Assembly: GCA_040222015.1 (NCBI GenBank)
Contig: JAVJWO010000149.1
Location: 1-31,634 of the forward strand
DNA length: 31,634 nucleotides
Source of the DNA: Coleofasciculus chthonoplastes F2-STO-03
GTDB taxonomy: Bacteria; Cyanobacteriota; Cyanobacteriia; Cyanobacteriales; Coleofasciculaceae
Direction: 5' to 3'
The notes under the pieces: generated by a model
What the model was told of the DNA's origin: nothing
Database searches by the model: none
The model's input: only the letters and a program-made list of their open reading frames with translations
Translations under genes and position numbers: made by a program
Part shown: positions 17,534 to 25,335 of the stretch, in pieces
Layout: the number at the start of each line of letters is the position of its first letter
Position numbering within the stretch: the stretch's first letter is position 1

Positions 17534-18649
17534 CGTTTACTTTATCGGCAAATGTGTTTTTCTTACGCTTAGATGGTTCTGCTCTAATTTTGCCTTGAAC
17601 CTCTAGTTTTAGAAGAGCATCTTTGTAATTTTTCTTGATGTAACGTTTACCAATATGATGTCTTTGATAAACCTCTATCATCGTCATTGTTTGACCGGCA
17701 AACTCATCTAATAACATATCTGTGAGTTCATCCAGTGGACGGGACGTGAAAGTTCAAAAAGTAAGGGTTGAAATTTTGTTGCCGGATTATACTCAAAAGA
17801 TGGAACACCTTGTTCTGTTGTCGAACTTTCCTTTGCCATAATCTCTTTCATAATCTCATAACCTCTTACATGCTTACTGACAAAAATTAGATGATGGCTA
17901 GTACGGTTGCCATTTTCATGTCGAAAACGGAAAGGAAGCACATACTCTCCACCCATTTCTTTTAACGCTTCACAAATTTCTTCGACAATAGCGATTTCTT
18001 TGTTGGCTGGGTTTAGTAGCTGCAATTTTTCTCGAAGTTCTGACGCACGTTCTTCGCCAAATAGAGCATTTATATGATTTTTTACGGCATCGTTACCTAG
18101 TCCCATATTAATCCGGTTGTAGTTAAAGAAAAATATACAGTCACAGCCCCAATTTTTAACCACAGAATTAATCAGTTGTAATGACAATCCTTTATATCCC
18201 CATGGATCGACAAAAAATAGAGTGGGAACCCCTCTAACTGGTTCAAACCTCTGAACTATCTCTTCACCAACTTCCTGATTTATAACAATGGGTTTATTTT
18301 TGAGTTGATTGACATCAGGCATTGAGTTAATGGAGTTCTCAAGAGACTGTGTATTATTGGTATCAACATCATTAAAAAGGGTAATCAAGCGTTCTCGTAA
18401 ATCTGTTTCTTTAATAGCCGTTTCCAGTACACGCAACGGTGTAGATTCGGAACCATCTTGATATCGACCAGGACCAGCAAACAAGTCAATATAAGCAAGT
18501 TTCAGCTTCTTTGACAACCTTTGCTGTTGTTCTTGTCGTTTCAGAACTCCAATGATAACTTTTGCCCATGCCCAGAAGTATTTCTCAACTATTCTGGCTT
18601 TAACGAGTGATTGTTCCTTTTGTTCATCAAAAAAAGACGAGTTGTTCAT
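17511..18649 (-). pseudogene. tcmP: Three-Cys-motif partner protein TcmP (SAM-dependent methyltransferase-like plus C-terminal wHTH), frameshifted by a 5-bp duplication
   Basis: YIDLFAGPG SAM-binding motif, FVDPWGY and FFFNYN. GGACG-GGACG at 17737-17746 splits the gene into ORFs 17708-18649 and 17511-17717; removing one copy gives continuous ...FELSRPLDELTDMLLDEF... Confidence 0.85.
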
Positions 18650-18800
18650 AGTAATATCTTAAATTGGATAATTTCAAAAACTATGTAGCACTATTTTTTT
18701 GCTTAGTGGGTATTTTCCGAAACACCTAATAAGACAGATAACTAGCTATCAAGTTTGACCCATTTTAGCCTGACTTTTCACGGAAAGTCTAAAAACTATT

Positions 18801-18883
18801 GTAGAGACGAGCCATGGCGCGTCGGGGCGGGTTTAGTTACATCTGGGTGCAACCGAAAAGATAGCCGTGAAACCCGCCCCTAC
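18801..18883. repeat. Chimeric REP: GTAGAGACG hairpin fused to a type B GGGCGGGTTT-N35-AAACCCGCCCCTAC element
   Basis: GTAGAGACGAGCCATGGCGCGTC is followed directly by GGGGCGGGTTT...AAACCCGCCCCTAC. Confidence 0.8.
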
Positions 18884-18921
18884 ACAATTCACACTCACAT
18901 TGCACCAGATACCGTGAAAAG

Positions 18922-19875
18922 TCAGATTCTAGCGGCTTTTTGAATTGTCTCTAAAGTTAACACACCAATTATCTTTCCTTCATCCATGACAGACAATCTC
19001 TGACTACCTGTCTGTAAGAGGAGGGATAAAGCTTGACGCAAATTCTCGTGAGGCGCGATCGCACGCTCCCCCTGATGCGGATAATCTGAAGAAACTAGCT
19101 GCATTGCCGCCTCCACTCGCCGTAAACTTAACTGACGAAACAGATCATCAGCCCCCATTAACTCCCGGACGAAATCATTAGCAGGACTTGTCAGAATATT
19201 TAACGGCGTATCAAATTGTAAAATCTTACCTTTTTGCAAAATCATAATCTTATCCCCCAGACGCAGCGCTTCCTCCACATCATGGGAGACAAACAGAATT
19301 GTTTTGTGTACCTTCCGCTGAATCCGCAAGATTTCGTCTTGCAAAGATTGGCGAGTAATCGCATCAATAGCACCAAAGGGTTCATCCATTAGCATTAACT
19401 TAGGATCACCAGCCAACGCCCGCGCCACACCAACACGCTGCTGCTGTCCTCCAGATAGTTGTGCCGGATACCGATTCCGGTAAACTTGAGGGGGTAGTTC
19501 AACCAGCTTTAATAACTCATCAACGCGAGACTGGTATTTTGAGCGTGACCATCCTAAAAGTTTGGGAACAACGGCAATATTTTCCGCCACCGTCTGATGG
19601 GGAAATAAGCCCGACTGCTGAATTACATAGCCAATTTGTTGACGCAGCTTTGTAACTTTTATTTGACGGATGTTGACCCCATTCAGATAAATTGCCCCGG
19701 ATGTGGGTTCATACAATCGATTGACCATCTTGAGAACGGTGGTTTTACCACATCCCGATGGACCTAAAATAACTACCAGTTGACCCGCTTCAATGTCGCA
19801 GGTTACTCCATTTATGGCGGGTTGGGGTGTCCCTGGAAATTGGAGACGAACTTGATCAAAACGAATAGCACTCAC
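18922..19875 (-). CDS. Osmoprotectant (betaine/choline/proline) ABC transporter ATP-binding subunit, OpuCA/ProV-like, with C-terminal CBS-like region
   Basis: GPSGCGKTT, GYVIQQSGLFPH, YPAQLSGGQQQRVG, LMDEPFGAID and FVSHD. Confidence 0.9.
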   Translation of the reverse strand: MSAIRFDQVRLQFPGTPQPAINGVTCDIEAGQLVVILGPSGCGKTTVLKMVNRLYEPTSGAIYLNGVNIRQIKVTKLRQQIGYVIQQSGLFPHQTVAENIAVVPKLLGWSRSKYQSRVDELLKLVELPPQVYRNRYPAQLSGGQQQRVGVARALAGDPKLMLMDEPFGAIDAITRQSLQDEILRIQRKVHKTILFVSHDVEEALRLGDKIMILQKGKILQFDTPLNILTSPANDFVRELMGADDLFRQLSLRRVEAAMQLVSSDYPHQGERAIAPHENLRQALSLLLQTGSQRLSVMDEGKIIGVLTLETIQKAARI

Positions 19876-19915
19876 TGATTTGGCTGATTTTTGTTAAAGT
19901 TAGCTCATTCCATTT

Positions 19916-19986
19916 GATAAATGACAAATGATAAATGATAAATGACCAATGACCAATGACCAATGACCAATGACCAATGACCAATG
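19916..19986. repeat. STRR heptamer array (AATGAYM), about 10 units
   Basis: gataaatgacaaatgataaatgataaatgacc followed by aatgacc repeats. It overlaps the start codon of the lpxB-like gene. Confidence 0.9.
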
Positions 19987-21524
19987 ATATTTTAATTCTC
20001 TCCAATGGTCCGGGTGAAGTCACCACCTGGGTACGTCCTGTAGTCAAAGCATTGCGCCAGCAGCTAGGAAGCGATCGCGCTGTCTTCCGAATCTCGATTA
20101 TCCTGTCTCCTTGTCCCAACGCTACAGGCAAAGAAGCCCAGATTGTTCAATCCTACCCCGAAGTAGACCGAGTGCAAGGGGCACAGCATTTTTTTCCCTT
20201 CTTACTCTGGGGGAAAACTGCCGAAAACTGGGACTGGCGCGATCGCGGCGTGGTGGTATTCTTAGGCGGCGATCAGTTTTTTCCTGTCGTTATTGGTTCT
20301 CGCTTAGGATATCGTACTGTTATTTATGCCGAATGGGATGCCCGTTGGCATCGCTGGATTGATCGGTTCGGGGTGATGAAACCCAGTATTATAGCCAAAG
20401 CCCCGAAAAAATATCGCCACAAGTTAACGGTAGTGGGAGATTTAATGGCAGATGTGGCAAGAGGGAGTAAGGGAGCAGAGGAGCAGGGGAAGCAATGTAG
20501 AGACGTGCCATGGCACGTCTGGAAGCAGGGGGAGCTGGGGGAGTTAACTCAAAACCCTGTCCTCGAAGGCAGTGAAGGGTCAACACTTAACACTTCCCCA
20601 ATTGAATGGATTGGTTTACTTCCAGGGTCAAAACCTGCCAAATTGATTCAGGGAGTACCGTTAGGGTTAGCCATTGCTGAACACATTCACAAAGTTAGAC
20701 CTCAAACCCGTTTTTTGATTCCTGTTGCACCAACCTTAGATTTACCCACCCTAGCCCGTTTTGCTGATCCCCAAGAAAATCCCCTGATTCAGAAATTAGG
20801 ATGGGGGAGGGCGAGATTGGTGATGCTAGATGGGGGAGATGAGGGCGGGTTTAGCAATATCCGGGTGACAAAAAACGATAGTAGTGAAACCCGCCCCTAC
20901 ATTCAAAACCAGGTTTCCTTGAGCGAAGTCTCTACATTATTCAGGGCGGGTTTTGAACCCAAGTTATCATCACTCACGAAACAAAATTCCCTAAACCCGC
21001 CCCTACACTCAATACTCAAAATGGCGAGTGGTGTAACGGTAGAACTTATAACCGAATTTCCCGCCCATGAGATATTATCCCAATGCTGTCTGTGCTTAAC
21101 CACAGTGGGAGCGAATACGGCGGAATTAGGGTCCCTCGGTGTACCAATGATCGTTTTATTACCCACCCAGCAACTGGATGCGATGCGGGCTTGGGATGGA
21201 TTACCCGGATTGTTAGCCCGGTTACCGGGGGTAGGGACGAGCTTTGCTAAACTGATTAATTGGCTGATTCTGCGACAAGGACGCCTATTTGCCTGGCCCA
21301 ATATTTGGGCAAAAGCGGAAATTGTGCCAGAAGTCGTGGGTCAACTGAAACCTGAAGATGTGGCACAATTGGTACTTGAGTATTTAGAGCATCCCGAAAA
21401 ACTAGAAGACATGCGATCGCGCCTGCGGGCAGTCCGAGGTGAATCAGGTGCCGCCCAAAAGTTAGCGCAATTGGTGCAAGAGGAACTTACTAATTCCCAA
21501 CCACCAATGATAAATGACAAATGA
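19977..21524 (+). CDS. lpxB: Cyanobacterial lipid-A-disaccharide synthase-like protein carrying two in-frame repeat-derived insertions
   Basis: ILILSNGPGE, FLGGDQ, GLLPGSK, TTVGANTAELG, FAWPNIWA and VPEV motifs. Two segments (about 20460-20600 and 20830-21010) are translated REP elements. Confidence 0.85.
   Translation: MTNDILILSNGPGEVTTWVRPVVKALRQQLGSDRAVFRISIILSPCPNATGKEAQIVQSYPEVDRVQGAQHFFPFLLWGKTAENWDWRDRGVVVFLGGDQFFPVVIGSRLGYRTVIYAEWDARWHRWIDRFGVMKPSIIAKAPKKYRHKLTVVGDLMADVARGSKGAEEQGKQCRDVPWHVWKQGELGELTQNPVLEGSEGSTLNTSPIEWIGLLPGSKPAKLIQGVPLGLAIAEHIHKVRPQTRFLIPVAPTLDLPTLARFADPQENPLIQKLGWGRARLVMLDGGDEGGFSNIRVTKNDSSETRPYIQNQVSLSEVSTLFRAGFEPKLSSLTKQNSLNPPLHSILKMASGVTVELITEFPAHEILSQCCLCLTTVGANTAELGSLGVPMIVLLPTQQLDAMRAWDGLPGLLARLPGVGTSFAKLINWLILRQGRLFAWPNIWAKAEIVPEVVGQLKPEDVAQLVLEYLEHPEKLEDMRSRLRAVRGESGAAQKLAQLVQEELTNSQPPMINDK
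20843..21006. repeat. Two tandem GGGCGGGTTT hairpin elements (type B, N34; type A, N39) inside the lpxB-like gene
   Basis: Elements at 20843-20900 and 20944-21006, each ending AAACCCGCCCCTAC. Confidence 0.9.
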
Positions 21525-21671
21525 CCCAATTCGAGCGAAGCAAGTTGCGGTAGTTCATGCCTAACCCTAGTAGTGATATCATCTTCCTACAGGGTAATCA
21601 CATCACCGAGCGACGTTGCCCATCGTCTTCTGCTATTGGGAATCCCTATTGTATTGGAGCTTTTTGCTATC

Positions 21672-22220
21672 GTGAACGCAACTGAAACCCCAACCCTACC
21701 AGCGCTGCAAACTGAAGTGTCTCGCCTTCGGGAAGAGTTACATCTGAGAGATCAGCTTGTGCAGCAACTCTCTCAAGAGTTATTTCGCTTGGTTAAAGGC
21801 AATGCCAACTTTAAACCGCCAGCCGAGGTTTCTGAGCGTCATCAAGCCCAAATGCGAGTCTTGCGAGAACAGTTGCAAGATGTGGAGCAGCAAGTCAGAT
21901 TTTACCAAGAGCAGATTACGACTCGCGATCAAGAAATTTATCAGTTGCGCCAGTCTGTGCAAGAATTAACTGACCGTTCTCGCATGTTAGAGCAGGTGGT
22001 TCAGGAGCTACCCCAAATTTATCGTCAGAAGTTTGCTGAACGCATGGCACCAGTCAGAGAGAAGGTGAGTCGGTTACAACGAGAGAATCGCCAACTTCAT
22101 GCTGAGTTGCAAAGTGTCAGCTATCGGCTAGCGGTCAGGAATCGCAATATCACCCATGTTGACTTACCTAGCTTTGGGCGTCCGACGAATAGCCCAATTC
22201 CTACCTTTGGTAGCGTTTAG
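21672..22220 (+). CDS. Conserved cyanobacterial coiled-coil protein (Npun_F5560-like)
   Basis: Likely GTG start at 21672; LRDQLVQQLSQELFRLVKGN and ENRQLHAELQSVSYRLA heptads. Confidence 0.8.
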   Translation: MNATETPTLPALQTEVSRLREELHLRDQLVQQLSQELFRLVKGNANFKPPAEVSERHQAQMRVLREQLQDVEQQVRFYQEQITTRDQEIYQLRQSVQELTDRSRMLEQVVQELPQIYRQKFAERMAPVREKVSRLQRENRQLHAELQSVSYRLAVRNRNITHVDLPSFGRPTNSPIPTFGSV

Positions 22221-22239
22221 GCATTTGGATTGGGTACTC

Positions 22240-22264
22240 GTAGCGAGCAAGATGCTCGCACTAC
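22240..22264. repeat. GTAG REP-like palindrome
   Basis: GTAGCGAGCAAGATGCTCGCACTAC. Confidence 0.75.
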
Positions 22265-22287
22265 AAGGATAAGACATGCATCATTGA

Positions 22288-23013
22288 TCAGCATGACTTT
22301 CCTATCGTAAGGCAGATGTATTGTCTGTAGCGATGGCGATTTGTGCGGGTGATGCGCTTCGTTTTCTCGGTCATAAGATGTCCGAGTCCATCGGCAATGC
22401 TGTCCCCATTCGAGGTGTAGAAGGCTTCGGTATATCCTTTGTCGATACCGATTTCTTGATCGACCTGGAGCGTGGGAAGAGTCAGCGTTCTTTTCCGAGT
22501 GCAATGAATGGATAACTGACCGTCTTGATTACAGATTAGTCGAATTTGCCCAGATATAATATGACGGCATTTCAGTTTTAGCGTAATCCGCTTACCTTTC
22601 TTTAACCCTTGAACTTCCAATTTGACTGTATTGCGGGTGAGTCGCTTGCAGGTGTAACCGCCACCTTGGTAAACGATCTGATTACTCCCAAAGGTGTGTC
22701 CACGCTGGTATTGATTACGGAACACCCGATGCAGCCAAGGAGCAGAGGTTGGGTCATTGTGCATCAAACAGAGCAACTTAGACCGCTTTTCTTCGTCTAG
22801 AGTGCGGCGGTAAATTGCTCGAATTATGAAGGTCTTAGCGGCTTCTTGTTGCGCTAAAATTGCCTTCATAGCGTCATTAACTGACCATTCCCACAGCTTC
22901 CCAGGTAATCCAATATCAGTTGGACTCAGTTTGGTTCTCACGATAGGATCGGCTTTTCTCCAGTCGAGTCCCCACCCTTGTAACGATCCAAGCAAGTATC
23001 CAGAACTCTCCAA
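22288..23013 (-). pseudogene. tnpB: Internal fragment of a TnpB-related (IS200/IS605 accessory) gene
   Basis: RuvC-I-like IGIDKGYTEAF followed by a basic bridge-helix-like stretch, then an early stop. No RuvC-II/III or zinc finger, and no convincing N-terminus. Confidence 0.7.
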
Positions 23014-23390
23014 GCCTGATGATCTCCATACCCAAGCCTGGGCAATCGTGCAGCCTAAGTTTCAACAAGCAGAGAAAGACGCAATTGACCGCAGAGCGAG
23101 AATTTTCTGGAAATAATCAGGAACAAGCCTCTGATGCCCTGAAAGAATTAGTGCAGGCGGCTTATAATCAACGCATTGATTCGTTGTTTGTCGCCTTAGA
23201 CCATCAGCAGTGGGGTAGCTTTGACCCACAGAGCAACACGGTGCAGCTACATGAGCAACACCAGGCTGGTGACCAAGATTTATTGGATTTAGCAGCCGTT
23301 TATACGGTTTTGAATGGTGGAACAGTTTTTGCTGTAGAATCCGAGCGAGTACCCGCTCAATCACCGATCGCGGCAGTTTTCCGCTATTAA
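23005..23390 (+). pseudogene. C-terminal remnant of a bacterial archaeo-eukaryotic release factor family (baeRF3/7-like) gene, frameshifted
   Basis: One frame gives KPDDLHTQAWAIVQPKFQQAEKDAIDR. A shift near 23092-23098 continues as REFSGNNQ...AAYNQRIDSLFV...DLLDLAAVYTVLNGGTVF...IAAVFRY*. The 5' part is absent. Confidence 0.7.
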
Positions 23391-23570
23391 GTTGCTCCTT
23401 TAGTTAGCGATCGTGATGAATCATCCGGCAACAATAAGTAAATTTGCTTGAAGGATTGATTGCAAGTACCCTATTGATGTTACGATTCCCATCAGTGCCG
23501 TGGGTCACACGGGAATCGTCAAGACGCCATGCGTCGCATTGTGTGTGAGGAAGTTCGATAAAGGGATAGT

Positions 23571-24701
23571 TTGTCCGTGATAGACGCAAAATTAACTTCT
23601 GGGCGATCGTTTAATTTAACGGGTTCGAGTCTGTTGACGTTACTAGCCGTTGGCTTGAGTCTGGGATCATTGATTCTAGATGGGTTTGGGGAACACTCCC
23701 TTTTCGCCGGAGTCTCCATGACATTGCCTTTGTTGGTTTGTGCCGTGCTGACAGCGGCGCTGGGATATGGGGTTGTCCCGTTTCTGCAAACGTTGAAAAT
23801 GGGGCAGATTGTCCGGGAAGATGGTCCCCAAACTCATTTGCAAAAAGCTGGAACCCCAACCATGGGTGGGGTGTTTTTTGTACCTGTGGCGGTAACGGTT
23901 GCTCTAGTTTGGTCGGGATTGGCACTGGCAGAACCAGAGTTTGTTAATGTCCTCGTTGTATCCCTTGTGACCCTGGCTTATGGGATGATTGGCTGGTTGG
24001 ATGATTGGCAAATTATCCGCCGCCGTTCTAATAAGGGCATTTCCCCTCGCCTGAAATTGGCACTGCAAATCAGTGTGGGGTTGGTGTTTTGTATCTGGCT
24101 GGCGGCAAGTCAACCGAGTAGTATTACCGCGATCGCACTCCCGTTTGGTATCGTTTTACCCTTAGGATTATTGTTCTGGCCCCTGGCGCTGTTTGTTCTG
24201 GCGGCAGAAAGTAATGCCACGAATCTTACCGATGGTGTCGATGGATTGGCTGGGGGAACCTGTGCGATCGCGCTTTTGGCACTGGCGGCGATCGTTGCCC
24301 CAACGTCACCCGGTTTAATGGTGTTCTGTGCCTGTCTCAGTGGCAGTTGTCTGGGGTTTGTCGTCCATAATCGCCACCCTGCTGCTGTGTTTATGGGAGA
24401 TACGGGTTCCCTGGCTTTAGGTGGCGCTCTCGCGGCGGTAGGATTATTGAGCCAGAATCTCTGGTGTTTATTTGTTCTCAGTGGCATTTTCTGTTGGGAA
24501 TCGATCTCGGTGATTGCCCAAGTTGCCTATTATAAAGCTACAAAAGATGACGCTGGAGTCGGTAAACGGCTGCTTAAAATGTCACCGTTTCATAACCATT
24601 TAGAATTAAGCGGTTGGTCAGAAACCCAAATTGTCGGTGCGTTTTATTTGACGGGTACGCTTTTAGGGTTGATTTGTTTAGGGTTGCAATCCAGTTTTTG
24701 A
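23571..24701 (-). other. Overlapping short minus-strand ORFs antisense to mraY (not considered real genes)
   Basis: These are shadow ORFs of the mraY coding strand with no motifs. Confidence 0.05.
23571..24701 (+). CDS. mraY: Phospho-N-acetylmuramoyl-pentapeptide transferase
   Basis: REDGPQTHLQKAGTPTMGG, LDD, NATNLTDGVDGL, FMGDTGS and PFHNHLE motifs. The start may be GTG 23577. Confidence 0.97.
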   Translation: MSVIDAKLTSGRSFNLTGSSLLTLLAVGLSLGSLILDGFGEHSLFAGVSMTLPLLVCAVLTAALGYGVVPFLQTLKMGQIVREDGPQTHLQKAGTPTMGGVFFVPVAVTVALVWSGLALAEPEFVNVLVVSLVTLAYGMIGWLDDWQIIRRRSNKGISPRLKLALQISVGLVFCIWLAASQPSSITAIALPFGIVLPLGLLFWPLALFVLAAESNATNLTDGVDGLAGGTCAIALLALAAIVAPTSPGLMVFCACLSGSCLGFVVHNRHPAAVFMGDTGSLALGGALAAVGLLSQNLWCLFVLSGIFCWESISVIAQVAYYKATKDDAGVGKRLLKMSPFHNHLELSGWSETQIVGAFYLTGTLLGLICLGLQSSF

Positions 24702-24740
24702 GCGATCGTTCAGTCAATCTGTAACCAGGCTTTTTAATCA

Positions 24741-24803
24741 GGGCGGGTTTTGTGGTTCAGTTATCGGTGACAACCTAGTTTGAGTAGCTAAACCCGCCCC
24801 AAC
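24741..24803. repeat. GGGCGGGTTT-N39-AAACCCGCCC hairpin element (type A)
   Basis: 10-bp inverted ends with a 39-nt interior; GTTATC sits at the same offset as in the other type A copies. Confidence 0.85.
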
Positions 24804-25162
24804 AATGAAACTCTCTTTTTTACCGAAAATTAGAAGCTCCCTAGGAGACAAAAATCATGGTGATTGCTTCTAAAATAACCTTATATAGTAGCCCGATATA
24901 TCGGTAAAAATCAAGTACTTAAACACTGATTCCTGAGTTGTACTTAAGACCAAGGTTTGCCAGCCTAGAAGGGGCAAAGATGCCTTAATAAAGTAAAAGA
25001 CGGCAAACACAACTGATTCGTTACGGTTCGCCCCAAACCTTTAGTTCATAGAGTTTCCTACATTAGACACAGCGCAAGAAATCAGCACAACGTTAAGTTG
25101 ATGATTGGTCATGGGAGAGCGACTGGAACGAGCAATCACCCGATCGAACCGTCCCATCTCAG

Positions 25163-25178
25163 GTTCGGGAACCCCCCC
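25163..25178 (+). promoter_or_regulatory. K-box-like heat/light stress element upstream of dnaK
   Basis: GTTCGG-GAAC-CCCCCC matches the cyanobacterial K-box consensus GTTCGG-NNAN-CCNNAC with one mismatch. A TATAGA -10-like sequence lies at 25206. Confidence 0.55.
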
Positions 25179-25335
25179 TTCATGAGACAGGCTAACCGCG
25201 TTCAGTATAGAGATTGGTAGCCGAAGCAATGATATTGAAGCTCCCAAACGCTGCTGATTGAACCGGATTACGGCTTAACAGTCACGCTCCCCAACATCAC
25301 CAGTATTTGTAGTTAAGCGAACTTGGAACACTCTT

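Noticed and set aside
18755..18943. 62-aa ORF
   Set aside because: It is mostly a translated chimeric REP element.
19856..20131. 91-aa antisense ORF with SLVIGHW repeats
   Set aside because: It is a translation of the STRR array, antisense to the lpxB-like gene.
20843..21006. Repeat-spacer-repeat pattern with 34-39 nt unique interiors resembling a CRISPR array
   Set aside because: The flanks are inverted rather than direct repeats, copies are dispersed, and no cas genes or leader are present.
23404..23570. Possible structured ncRNA upstream of mraY
   Set aside because: No recognisable family motif or convincing stem set; a covariance search would be needed.
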